From an uncultured Clostridium sp. (GTDB lineage Bacteria > Bacillota > Clostridia > TANB77 > CAG-508): DNA of 64,000 nt. The stretch lies in contig CAMMVE010000001.1 of assembly GCA_946500265.1 (NCBI GenBank), positions 99-64,098 on the forward strand, written 5' to 3'. Under the pieces are notes generated by a model. It was not told the origin of the DNA. It ran no database searches and saw nothing but the letters and a program-made list of their open reading frames with translations. Below, one piece after another: positions 31,190 through 40,975 of this stretch. Position 1 is the stretch's first letter. Every line of letters begins with the position of its first letter. The position numbers were made by a program, and so were the translations under genes.

Positions 31190-31280
31190 TGGTTAAGAAA
31201 GTAAAGAAAAATAGATGATAAAAGAGAGATAACAAGAAATGATGATAATGAAAAAAATTTACTAAAAAGAAGGTGAAATT

Positions 31281-31658
31281 ATGACAAGAGCAAGTAGAGC
31301 AAAGCAGTTTTTGCCATTTGATGCTTTGCCAGGATTTAAAGAAGCATTGAAAGAAAAAGAAATAAAAAAAGAAGCTAAAATAGAACTTGCCGAAGATAGT
31401 TTGCAAGAATTAGAAAGCAAACTCAATGAGTTAGAAAAAGGAAGCATTATAAAGCTTATCTATTATAAAAATAATAGATATATTGAAACTATAGGGACAG
31501 TTGCTAAAATAGATTATATGAGAAAGAAGATTATATTGATTCATGGTGATGAGATAGTAAATGCATTGAGTAGAAAGAATTATGTGGAAAACGAAGACGG
31601 CAATGTTAATGAAGTTGTTAATGTTTGTGATGTTATTGAAATAGAGAAAATTAATTAG
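31281..31658 (+). CDS. YolD-like protein (accessory partner of Y-family polymerases)
   Basis: RAKQFLPFDALPGFKEAL motif and position directly after the polymerase. Confidence 0.75.
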   Translation: MTRASRAKQFLPFDALPGFKEALKEKEIKKEAKIELAEDSLQELESKLNELEKGSIIKLIYYKNNRYIETIGTVAKIDYMRKKIILIHGDEIVNALSRKNYVENEDGNVNEVVNVCDVIEIEKIN

Positions 31659-31709
31659 TATCAAAGAAAGCTTCTAATTAAAATAAAGATTTTATAAAAT
31701 TACTGCATG

Positions 31710-31896
31710 AGGTAAGTATAAAGTATATTTCTCAAATTTTTTTGTGCCTTGTTGTCGAAACCATCTAAGCATTCTGAAAAGAAAATAAATTTTCTTTTCA
31801 TCTGCTAGGTTTCTCCAATCGCACTCGCCTTTTTAAGGCTCGTTTAGTCGCTACGCGGTACTTCAAAAATTTTCTAAATATACTTTATACTTACCT
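31710..31896. repeat. 187-nt long imperfect palindrome (MITE-like element or structured RNA)
   Basis: 21-nt perfect terminal arms AGGTAAGTATAAAGTATATTT / AAATATACTTTATACTTACCT; central hairpin GAAAAGAAAAT AAA TTTTCTTTTC. Confidence 0.6.
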
Positions 31897-31996
31897 AAAA
31901 AACAATCTAACTGTTCAACCTTTAAATAGTAACAAAAATTGAAAAAATGCCAAAAAATATATATAAACTTGACTAAGTATGTTATAATAATTGAAA

Positions 31997-32095
31997 AAAC
32001 AAGGGACCTGTCCCTAGTGTCTCAGAAATAGGAAAAAAGAACCGTCCCCCTTGTCTCAGAAATGGGACAAAAGAACCGTCCCCTTGTTTCAACAA
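31997..32095. repeat. Cluster of family-1 GGGAC-core units
   Basis: GGGACCTGTCCC; GAACCGTCCCC twice, interleaved with TTGTCTCAGAAATGGGACAA hairpins. Confidence 0.75.
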
Positions 32096-32113
32096 AGATA
32101 GGTGGTTTGGAGT

Positions 32114-32482
32114 ATGACAATAGGAGAAGTTAGTAGGAAATATAATATTACAGAAGATACATTAAGATATTATGAAAAAGTTGGACTTATTGATGCTGTT
32201 CCAAAGAATAAAAGTGGAATAAGAGATTACGGAGAAACATCTATAAGTCAAGTAGAATTTGTAAAGTGCATGAGATGTGCTAATATACCAATAGAAGCTT
32301 TGAAAAGATATATGGATTTGTATAAAAAAGGAGATAAAACCATTAATGAGAGAAGAAATATTCTATTAGAGCAAAAGGAAAATGTAGAAGCACAAATACA
32401 TGAATTAGAAGCGGCAAAAAAGAGATTAGAATATAAAATAGAGCTATATGATAAAAGGATTCTAGAAAAAAAGCTGAAGTAG
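32114..32482 (+). CDS. MerR family transcriptional regulator
   Basis: MTIGEVSRKYNITEDTLRYYEKVGLI HTH and a C-terminal coiled coil. Confidence 0.85.
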   Translation: MTIGEVSRKYNITEDTLRYYEKVGLIDAVPKNKSGIRDYGETSISQVEFVKCMRCANIPIEALKRYMDLYKKGDKTINERRNILLEQKENVEAQIHELEAAKKRLEYKIELYDKRILEKKLK

Positions 32483-32616
32483 AAAATGTGAATATTCTGT
32501 GAAAAATTTAGTAAGGTACTTGACTAATTAATGCTAAAATGTTATATTAGTTAAGCACCTTACTAATTTTTACCAATTAGTAACCTGGTAACTGTAAAGT
32601 GAAAGGAAGGACTAAT

Positions 32617-33069
32617 ATGGAAATGGAAGCAAATATAGCAAATGAGTTAAAAAAGTTAGAAATTGAGGTCGGAAAGAAAATCTTTTCTATAACGAAGGAA
32701 AATAGAATGAATTTTCCGCCGAGTCCATTACAAGCAAAGATTACAAAGTATTTAGTAGAAAATCACGGTAAAGAAATTTATCAAAGAGATTTAGAAGAGG
32801 TCATGGGAGTAAGTAAAGCTACTATTTCAGGAGCGCTTCTTACTATGGAAAAGAATCAAATTATTGAAAGAGTAGCATCACAAAATGATGCTAGACAAAA
32901 GAAAATTGTACTAACAAGTAAAAGTAATGATATTTATAAAGAAGTAAAAGAAGTATTTAAGATTTTAAATGCGGAACTAGTAAAAGGTATATCTGAAGAA
33001 GAATTAAAAACTTTTTTGAATGTAATTAATAAAATGAAAAGTAACATTAAATGTAATGTTAATATATAA
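32617..33069 (+). CDS. MarR family transcriptional regulator
   Basis: QRDLEEVMGVSKATISGALLTMEKNQIIER winged helix; AAGGAAGG before ATG 32617. Confidence 0.8.
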   Translation: MEMEANIANELKKLEIEVGKKIFSITKENRMNFPPSPLQAKITKYLVENHGKEIYQRDLEEVMGVSKATISGALLTMEKNQIIERVASQNDARQKKIVLTSKSNDIYKEVKEVFKILNAELVKGISEEELKTFLNVINKMKSNIKCNVNI

Positions 33070-33100
33070 TTAAAAAATTAAAGGAGGAGAAAGGAAACAA

Positions 33101-34843
33101 ATGGTAAAAAAATTATCACAATCAATTAGAGAGTACAAAAAATATGCCATATTAACTCCTATTTGTGTTGCGGCTGAAGTAATATTAGAAATAATTATTC
33201 CATTACTTATGGCTAACCTAATAGATGATGGTATATATGGCGGAGAAATGAACATGGTATATAAAATAGGATTAGAACTAATTTTATGTGCTGTTTTATC
33301 TTTGATATTTGGTATGCTATCTGGTAAATTTGCAGCAAAAGCCTCATCAGGATTTGCCAAAAATTTAAGAAAGGATTTATATTACAAAGTACAAGATTTT
33401 TCTTTTACAAATATTGACTCATTTTCTACAAGTAGCTTGGTCACAAGACTTACAACAGATGTAACTAACGTACAAAATGCTTTCCAAATGATTATAAGAA
33501 TAGCTGTTAGAACGCCACTAATGCTTATAACTTCTTTATTCTTTGCAATATCAATAAGTCCTAGACTGTCTATGGTATTCTTAGTAATTATTCCAATTCT
33601 TGCAATTGGTTTATATTTAATTATTACTAAGGTACATCCAATAATGAAAAGAGTATTCAGAACATATGATGATTTGAATAATGTTGTAGAAGAAAATGTT
33701 GCAGGTATTAGGGTAGTAAAATCTTTTGTTATAGAAGAAAAAGAAAAGAAAAAATTTGGTAAAGTATCAAAAAGCATATTTGATGACTTTAGTAAGGCAG
33801 AAAAGTTAATGGCACTAACTAGCCCATTAATGCAATTTGCAATTTATTTCTGTATTTTAGCTATATCATGGTTTGGCGCAAAAATAATTATAGAAAGTGG
33901 CATGACAGAGCTTACAACTGGAGAGCTTATGACAATGTTTACATATTCTATACAAATTCTTTCAAGCTTAATGATGCTTTCAATGGTAATGGTTATGATC
34001 GCAATATCAAAATCTTCTGCAGAAAGAATTGTAGAAGTATTAAATACAGAGTCAGATATTAAGGATCCTAAAAAGCCAATTACAGAAGTTAAAGACGGAA
34101 GCATTGAATTCAAAAATGTTGCTTTTAGCTATGTAAATAGCAAGAAGAAGGAATGCTTGAAAAATATTAATGTAAGTATTAAATCTGGAGAAACAGTTGG
34201 AATAATAGGTGGAACAGGTAGTGGAAAATCTAGCTTAGTTAATCTAATTCCTAGACTTTATGATGTAACTGAAGGAGAACTTCTAATAGGTGGAGAAAAT
34301 GTAAAGAAATATCATATAGAAACTCTAAGAAATGAAGTTTCATGTGTGCTTCAAAAAAATGTGTTATTCTCTGGAACTATTACAGAAAATATCAAATGGG
34401 GAGATGAAAATGCCTCAGATGAAGATGTAAAAAGAGTATGTAAGTTAGCGCAAGCAGATGAATTTGTTAGCCAATTCCCTAATGGATATGATACATATAT
34501 CGAAGAGGGTGGAACTAACGTATCTGGTGGACAGAAACAAAGACTATGTATTGCCAGAGCTCTACTAAAACATCCTAAAATATTAATTCTAGATGACTCA
34601 ACAAGTGCAGTAGATACAAAAACAGATAGCTTAATTAGAAAAGCATTTAAAGAAGAAATACCAAATACTACAAAAATAATTATTGCTCAAAGAATTTCTT
34701 CTGTAGAAGACTGTGACAAGATAATTGTTATGGACAAAGGAACAATAAACGGAATTGGAACACATGAAGAACTTTTGAAAAATAATGAAATATATAGAGA
34801 AGTCTATGAATCACAAACGAAAGGAGGAGACGACAATGAATAA
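33101..34843 (+). CDS. ABC exporter, fused permease/ATPase, subunit 1
   Basis: 6 TM helices plus GGTGSGKSS, VSGGQKQRLCIARA, ILILDDSTSAVD. Confidence 0.9.
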   Translation: MVKKLSQSIREYKKYAILTPICVAAEVILEIIIPLLMANLIDDGIYGGEMNMVYKIGLELILCAVLSLIFGMLSGKFAAKASSGFAKNLRKDLYYKVQDFSFTNIDSFSTSSLVTRLTTDVTNVQNAFQMIIRIAVRTPLMLITSLFFAISISPRLSMVFLVIIPILAIGLYLIITKVHPIMKRVFRTYDDLNNVVEENVAGIRVVKSFVIEEKEKKKFGKVSKSIFDDFSKAEKLMALTSPLMQFAIYFCILAISWFGAKIIIESGMTELTTGELMTMFTYSIQILSSLMMLSMVMVMIAISKSSAERIVEVLNTESDIKDPKKPITEVKDGSIEFKNVAFSYVNSKKKECLKNINVSIKSGETVGIIGGTGSGKSSLVNLIPRLYDVTEGELLIGGENVKKYHIETLRNEVSCVLQKNVLFSGTITENIKWGDENASDEDVKRVCKLAQADEFVSQFPNGYDTYIEEGGTNVSGGQKQRLCIARALLKHPKILILDDSTSAVDTKTDSLIRKAFKEEIPNTTKIIIAQRISSVEDCDKIIVMDKGTINGIGTHEELLKNNEIYREVYESQTKGGDDNE

Positions 34844-36704
34844 GAAAATACAAGTAAGAAAAGGAACAATAAAGAGGATTTTAGATTATGTAACTAAAAA
34901 GCATAAGAAACAATTCATTATAGTATTTATTTGTATCATATTCAGCAGTATTGCATCAGTTGCAGGTTCGCTATTTTTACAAACTTTAATTGATGACTAT
35001 ATTACTCCTCTTTTAGGTGAAGAAAACCCTGTATATACAGGATTAATGGGCGCTATAGGTACTATGGTAATTATATACTTAGTTGGACTTGCAACTACTT
35101 ATATATACAATAGATTAATGGCTGTAGTGGCTCAAGGTGTGCTTAAAGATATAAGAGACGATATGTTTGCTAAAATGGAAGCATTACCAATAAGCTATTT
35201 TGATACACATACTCATGGAGATATCATGAGTCATTATACAAACGATACAGATACATTAAGACAAATGATTTCACAAAGTTTACCTTTCTGTATTTCATCT
35301 ATAATAAGTATTATAGCAATTTTATGCGCATTAATATATCTAAACCCAATATTAACAATATTTGTAGTTGTTTTCTCGCTTTTAACAGTATTTGTAACTA
35401 GAAAAATAGCTTCAAAAAGTGCTAAAAACTTTATTGGACAACAAGCTTCTTTAGGTAAAGTTAATGGATACATAGAAGAAATGCTTAATGGTCAAAAAGT
35501 TATAAAAGTGTTTACACATGAAGAAAAGGCAAAAGAAGAATTTGACAAATTAAATGATAAATTGAATGAAGACATGTATAAAGCTCATAAATATTCTAAC
35601 ATAATGATGCCTATTGCAAACAACTTAGGAAATTTACAATATGTATTAATAGCAATTGTAGGAACAGTGCTTGCATTAAATGGACATCTAGCTCTTACTG
35701 TAGGAACTTTAGTATCATTCCTTCAACTTACAAGAAACTTAACTCAACCAGTAAACCAAGTAATGAACCAAATGAATGCAATAATTATGGCTTTAGCTGG
35801 TGCGGGAAGAATATTCGAAATGATGGACGAAGAACCAGAACAAGACAATGGATATGTAACATTAGTTAATGTAAGAAAAGAAGGAGATAAACTAATAGAA
35901 GTTAAAGAAAGAACTGGAATGTGGGCATGGAAACATCCACATCATGATGGAACATTGGACTATGTTGAACTTAAAGGACATATAGAACTTGAACATGTAG
36001 ACTTTGGATATACTCCAGACAAAATGGTTCTTCATGACATTAGTTTATATGCAAAACCTGGTCAAAAGATAGCATTTGTTGGTGCTACAGGTGCAGGAAA
36101 AACTACAATAACAAACTTGATAAATAGATTTTATGATGTGGAAGATGGAAAAATAAGATATGACGGAATAAATATTAACAAAATAAAGAAGGCAGATTTA
36201 AGAAGATCACTAGGTATGGTTTTACAAGACACAAATCTATTTACTGGAACAATAAAAGATAATATAAAATACGGAAGTGATCATGCAACAGATGAGCAAG
36301 TAATAGAAGCAGCAAAACTTGCTAATGCTCATGAATTTATAGAAAGACTACCAAACGGATATAACACAAAACTTACAGGAAATGGTTCTGAATTATCACA
36401 AGGACAAAGACAACTTCTATCTATAGCTAGAGTTGCATTAAACAACCCACCAGTAATGATACTAGACGAAGCAACAAGCTCAATAGATACAAGAACAGAA
36501 AAGATAGTACAAGATGGAATGGACAAATTAATGGAAGGAAGAACAGTATTTGTTATAGCACATAGACTATCAACAGTAAGAAACTCAAAGGCGATAATGG
36601 TAATGGACCATGGTAGAATTATAGAAAGAGGAGAACATGATGACTTAATTGCTCTTAAAGGACAATATTATCAATTATATACAGGAGCATTTGAGTTAGA
36701 ATAA
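34836..36704 (+). CDS. ABC exporter, fused permease/ATPase, subunit 2
   Basis: GGAGGAG before ATG 34836 with an ATGAATAA overlap; GATGAGKTT, LSQGQRQLLSIARV, MILDEATSSID. Confidence 0.9.
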   Translation: MNKKIQVRKGTIKRILDYVTKKHKKQFIIVFICIIFSSIASVAGSLFLQTLIDDYITPLLGEENPVYTGLMGAIGTMVIIYLVGLATTYIYNRLMAVVAQGVLKDIRDDMFAKMEALPISYFDTHTHGDIMSHYTNDTDTLRQMISQSLPFCISSIISIIAILCALIYLNPILTIFVVVFSLLTVFVTRKIASKSAKNFIGQQASLGKVNGYIEEMLNGQKVIKVFTHEEKAKEEFDKLNDKLNEDMYKAHKYSNIMMPIANNLGNLQYVLIAIVGTVLALNGHLALTVGTLVSFLQLTRNLTQPVNQVMNQMNAIIMALAGAGRIFEMMDEEPEQDNGYVTLVNVRKEGDKLIEVKERTGMWAWKHPHHDGTLDYVELKGHIELEHVDFGYTPDKMVLHDISLYAKPGQKIAFVGATGAGKTTITNLINRFYDVEDGKIRYDGININKIKKADLRRSLGMVLQDTNLFTGTIKDNIKYGSDHATDEQVIEAAKLANAHEFIERLPNGYNTKLTGNGSELSQGQRQLLSIARVALNNPPVMILDEATSSIDTRTEKIVQDGMDKLMEGRTVFVIAHRLSTVRNSKAIMVMDHGRIIERGEHDDLIALKGQYYQLYTGAFELE

Positions 36705-36715
36705 TAGGAGGTATT

Positions 36716-37099
36716 ATGATGGAAAAAAACACAGTATTTTACAGATGCCCAATTTGTGGCAATATAATAGGATTAATTGATGGTGATATAAAGCATATGA
36801 GATGTTGTGGACAAGAAATGGAATTAATGGAGGCAAATAGCCAAGATGCGGCAACAGAAAAGCATGTGCCAGTTTATGAAAAAGTTGGAGATGAAGTTGT
36901 TGTAAGAGTAGGAGAGGTAGAACATCCTATGGAAGATGACCATTACATTATGTGGATAGCACAAGTGAGTGATAATGAAACAACAAGAATAAGACTTCAT
37001 CCAAATGATACAACTGAAGTTAAGTTTAGATATATTCCAAATTCAACTTTGTATGCATATTGCAATAAACATGGACTTTGGAAAGCAGAAGTGAAATAA
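36716..37099 (+). CDS. Desulfoferrodoxin / superoxide reductase
   Basis: N-terminal CPICGN..CCG desulforedoxin-like site and C-terminal EKHVPV, H..W, C..H centre II residues. Confidence 0.8.
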   Translation: MMEKNTVFYRCPICGNIIGLIDGDIKHMRCCGQEMELMEANSQDAATEKHVPVYEKVGDEVVVRVGEVEHPMEDDHYIMWIAQVSDNETTRIRLHPNDTTEVKFRYIPNSTLYAYCNKHGLWKAEVK

Positions 37100-37113
37100 A
37101 TTACAACTTAAAT

Positions 37114-37146
37114 AAAAGAGCAACATTCATATATTGTTGCTCTTTT
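37114..37146 (+). terminator. Rho-independent terminator
   Basis: AAAAGAGCAACA .. TGTTGCTCTTTT. Confidence 0.65.
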
Positions 37147-37233
37147 AGAGTTAATGTTTGGACCAAAATATGAATTTCACTCTAAATTATGTAATATAAT
37201 AATATAAATCTGATATAAAGGAAGGGATTAATA

Positions 37234-37869
37234 ATGAAAGTTTTATTAGTAAACGGTGGTCCACACCAAAATGGATGCGTAAATACTGCTTTGGAGGAAG
37301 TGGCAAAAGAATTGAATAAAGAAAATATCGAGACAGAAATTTTTTGGATAGGTTTAAAGCCAATAGCTGGTTGCATTGCATGTAAAAAATGTGCAGAAAC
37401 TGGAAAATGTGTATTTGATGATATAGTAAATGAGTTTGTAGATAAAGCTAAAGATGCAGATGGATTTATATTTGGTTCACCAGTACATTATGCAGGAGCT
37501 ACAGGAGCTATTACATCATTTATGGACAGAGCATTCTATTCAGCGTCAAATGGAGGAAAAGCAGATAGATTTTTATTTAAACCCGCAGCTACTGTGATTT
37601 CTGCAAGAAGAGCAGGTACAACAGCAACGTATGATCAATTAAATAAGTACTTTGGCATTAATCAAATGCCTATTATTTCTTCAAGATACTGGAATATGGT
37701 ACATGGAGCTACTCCAGAAGATGTAAGAAAAGATGAAGAAGGCATGCAAATCATGAGAATTTTAGGAAGAAACATGGCATATTACTTGAAATGTATAGAG
37801 GCAGGAAGAGAGAAAGGAATAAATCCACCAGAACAAGAGAAAACGACATTCACCAATTTTATAAGGTAG
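37234..37869 (+). CDS. Flavodoxin-like NAD(P)H-dependent FMN reductase / iron-sulfur flavoprotein
   Basis: MKVLLVNGGPHQNG.., CIACKKC..GKC cluster, GSPVHYAG. Confidence 0.75.
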   Translation: MKVLLVNGGPHQNGCVNTALEEVAKELNKENIETEIFWIGLKPIAGCIACKKCAETGKCVFDDIVNEFVDKAKDADGFIFGSPVHYAGATGAITSFMDRAFYSASNGGKADRFLFKPAATVISARRAGTTATYDQLNKYFGINQMPIISSRYWNMVHGATPEDVRKDEEGMQIMRILGRNMAYYLKCIEAGREKGINPPEQEKTTFTNFIR

Positions 37870-37933
37870 AAATAAAAGTAAAAGAAAAACTTTTAGAAAA
37901 AGTATCATTTATTAAAAAACAGAGCCACCAAAA

Positions 37934-38221
37934 TTGAACTTGATCAATGAACCAGTATTTAGTAAATTAGCTGAAAAATATGGAAAGAGCAATGTACAAA
38001 TTATATTAAGATGGCATATACAAGCCGGAAATATTGTAATACCTGGTGCATCAAACCCAGACCATATTAAAGCAAATATTGATATCTTTAATTTTGAATT
38101 GACAGCAGAGGAAATGGAAGAAATAGCTAAGATAAATAAGAATAAGAGATATTATGAGGGAACACCAGAATTACTTGCAAGTTATGCAGCAATGAAACCA
38201 GATTTAGATGGACGAAAATAA
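37934..38221 (+). pseudogene. C-terminal fragment of an aldo/keto reductase
   Basis: Only ..QIILRWHIQAGNIVIPGASNPDHIKANIDIFNFELTAEEM.. is present; the N-terminal ~180 aa are absent. Confidence 0.7.
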
Positions 38222-38347
38222 TATAGATGTTTGCAAAACTAATTTAAAATAAATATTTATTAAAGATAATTATTTTATACGACTTAAAGTATAGAATAAT
38301 TATCTTTTTTATGATATATTACTTACAAAAGAGACAAGGGGTGTAGT

Positions 38348-38611
38348 ATGATAAAAATAAATTTTGAAGAAAATAAATCTGTAGCATATGATGATAATAA
38401 GCAAATTGGTGAATGCGATTTTATAGAGAATGAAAATACTTGGAATATAGTTCATACAGAAGTTGATAACGCATATCAAGGACAAGGAATTGCAAGAAGA
38501 TTGGTAGAATGTGTTATTGAAAATGCAAAAAAAGCTAATAAGGAAATAATAGCTGACTGTTCGTATGCGAAGATAGTTTTAGAAAGAATGAATGGAGGTA
38601 AATATGATTAA
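38348..38611 (+). CDS. Small GNAT-like N-acetyltransferase (YjdJ type)
   Basis: 87 aa; HTEVDNAYQGQGIARRLVE motif. Confidence 0.65.
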   Translation: MIKINFEENKSVAYDDNKQIGECDFIENENTWNIVHTEVDNAYQGQGIARRLVECVIENAKKANKEIIADCSYAKIVLERMNGGKYD

Positions 38612-39089
38612 ATCAATTGTGTATAAAAGTAGTACAGGACATACTAAACAGTATGCTGAAATGTTAGGTGAAGCTTTAAAAATTCCAGTGTATAATTTAA
38701 AAGAAGCAAAATCAAAACTAGAAAAGAATGATGAAATTATATTTTTAGGATGGGTATGTGCTACAAAAATACAAGGGTTAAGTAAAATAAAAAGATATAA
38801 TGTTAGGTTTATAGGAGCAGTAGGAGCATATCCAGCAGAGAAGAATTATATTGAAAGTTTAAAAAAAGCAAATAATGTAAATGTTGAATTATTTTATTTA
38901 AGAGGTGGACTAGATTTTAATAAATTAACAGGAATTAAGAAAAAAGTGTTACAATTCGTTAAAAATATGATGGAAAAAGAAAATAATGTAGAGAATCAAG
39001 AAATGATAAAATTATTTAAAGACGGTGGTAACTATGTTTCAAATGAAAATCTTAAACCTATGGTCAAATATATAAATAGTAAGTTGTAG
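38604..39089 (+). CDS. Flavodoxin-domain protein
   Basis: MIKSIVYKSSTGHTKQYAE N-terminus; GGAGG 6 nt before ATG 38604. Confidence 0.65.
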   Translation: MIKSIVYKSSTGHTKQYAEMLGEALKIPVYNLKEAKSKLEKNDEIIFLGWVCATKIQGLSKIKRYNVRFIGAVGAYPAEKNYIESLKKANNVNVELFYLRGGLDFNKLTGIKKKVLQFVKNMMEKENNVENQEMIKLFKDGGNYVSNENLKPMVKYINSKL

Positions 39090-39106
39090 AGGAGGATTGA
39101 ATAAAT

Positions 39107-39528
39107 ATGGATAAATTTAAAGAAATAAGACCAGTTGTTCTTGGAATTGTAAGAAAAGATAATAAAATATTAGTTAGCAAAGGCTATGATAAGGTTAAAT
39201 GGAAGTGTTTTATAGAAATATAGGAGGAGGAATTGAATTCCTTGAAAACAGTAAAGAAGCATTGAAAAGAGAATTTAAGGAAGAACTTAATATAGATATT
39301 AATGTAGGGGAGTTTCTAGGAATTTCTGAAAATATATTTAAATATAACGGAAAAAATGCACATGAATTAATATTATTTTATAATGTGAGTATAAAAGAGA
39401 CTAATTATAAAGAAAGTTATCATATAATAGATGATAATTGTGAGACTGATGCAATGTGGATAGATGTAAATAAATTTAAGGATAAAGAATTAAAAATATA
39501 TCCAAATGAAGTATTTAAATACTTATAA
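39107..39528 (+). pseudogene. NUDIX hydrolase broken by a -1 frame change near 39197-39201
   Basis: The N-terminal strands (RPVVLGIVRKDNKILV) are in one frame and stop at 39223; the Nudix box GGGIEFLENSKEALKREFKEEL is in the -1 frame from 39199. The break lies in GTTAAATGG, with no CGG. Confidence 0.7.
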
Positions 39529-39555
39529 TTAATGACAAATTATAAAGGAGAAAAA

Positions 39556-39618
39556 ATGATAATAAATACAGGAATGAGAACAGATATACCAGCATTTTAT
39601 TCAAAATGGTTGATGTAA
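39556..39618 (+). pseudogene. N-terminal remnant of a DUF1848-family gene
   Basis: MIINTGMRTDIPAFYSKWLM then a stop; further out-of-frame scraps follow. Confidence 0.5.
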
Positions 39619-39696
39619 ATATAAACAATATTGGTTTGTAACAATAACACCTTATGGAAAAGACATAGAGCCATAGCATATAAATAGGAGAATGTA

Positions 39697-39858
39697 ATGG
39701 AGGAGTTTTTAGAAAGTATAAAAAATTGGGCAAAAAATGAAGAAAAAATAGAAAGTGTCATTATTGTTGGTTCTTATGCTAAAGGAACATATGCAGGCGA
39801 AAGAGATAAAATGTTAACCACACAAAAAGAAGTAGATGAGTGGGTAGAAAAGTTATAG
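39697..39858 (+). pseudogene. Truncated nucleotidyltransferase-domain gene (53 aa)
   Basis: ..IESVIIVGSYAKGTYAG.. NTase motif but the rest of the domain is missing. Confidence 0.5.
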
Positions 39859-40186
39859 AAAATTTATATTCTAAAGTTAGAAATGATAGTTGAATAAGGC
39901 AAATCAAAAAGGAGTTAAGTGATTATTTTACTTAGTTCCTTTTTGCGCTCTAATTTAAAAAGAATCAAAATTAACTCTTTCCAAGGTTATATGTTACATC
40001 TATTATATTTTCATTATATAAGCTTAAACTTTTAGTTAATACAGTGTGTTTCAGATGAACATGCAGGTCTTGGACTTTTTGCCTATGATGAAGATGTGAT
40101 GAGTTGGGTATTTAATAAAAGAAAATAAATACTTATATTGCCAATAATCCTTGCTTATGTTAATATAGAAGCAAGGGTGATGTTTT

Positions 40187-40975
40187 ATGGGAAGTTTAGC
40201 TGTAATCCCTTTAATGGGATTTTTAGGAATACTATTTATTACGTTAAATCTTATCGTAATAGCACTAATTATACTAACAATAGTATTTGGAATAATTAGA
40301 ATTATAAAAAAGAAATTTAAAAAGACAGTAATAGTTTTATTAGTTGTAACAATAGTTTTGGGTGCCATAGACTTTAAAATTATATATAACTTTACACATT
40401 ATGACGAAATTGAAAAGCAAAAGCTAGTTCAAGAAGAAGGTAAGGAACTAGTGGCAATAATGGATTATGATTATAACAAAGTAAAAGCATATTTAGACAG
40501 TGGTTGGAATCCAAATGAAACAACAAAAGCTGTTTATTATGCTATAAAATATAATCCAGATGAAAATAAAGAAAAAGATGAGTGGAGTATACTAGAATTA
40601 TTACTTCAAAATGGTACTAATCCGGATGTACAGATATTTGATGAGCCTACAGGAGTAAATACGCCACTTACGTTCACAACAGAATGTGGATATTATGGAG
40701 CAACAAAATTATTATTAGAATATGGAGCAGATGTGAATTTACAAGAAAATAGATTTGGAGACACTCCAATACATTCTTTAAGATATTATAATAATGACAA
40801 AGCAGCAGAAACATTGGAACTATTATTGGAATATAATCCAAATTTAGATATAGAAAGTAATTCTGGAGAGAGTGTAAAAGAATGTTTAGAATACTTTGAA
40901 AAAGATTATTCAAGAGTAAAAGATAAAGTGCCAGACTATGATGAGGTACAAGAGATTATAGATGAGACAATATAA
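40187..40975 (+). CDS. Membrane-anchored ankyrin-repeat protein
   Basis: Two N-terminal TM helices; ANK units (ATKLLLEYGADVNLQENRFGDTPIH, ETLELLLEYNPNLD). Confidence 0.75.
   Translation: MGSLAVIPLMGFLGILFITLNLIVIALIILTIVFGIIRIIKKKFKKTVIVLLVVTIVLGAIDFKIIYNFTHYDEIEKQKLVQEEGKELVAIMDYDYNKVKAYLDSGWNPNETTKAVYYAIKYNPDENKEKDEWSILELLLQNGTNPDVQIFDEPTGVNTPLTFTTECGYYGATKLLLEYGADVNLQENRFGDTPIHSLRYYNNDKAAETLELLLEYNPNLDIESNSGESVKECLEYFEKDYSRVKDKVPDYDEVQEIIDETI

Noticed and set aside
34785-34835. Upstream start of the second ABC exporter gene
   Set aside because: ATG 34836 has GGAGGAG at the right spacing and the usual ATGA-type overlap with the upstream stop. The extension lies inside the preceding gene.
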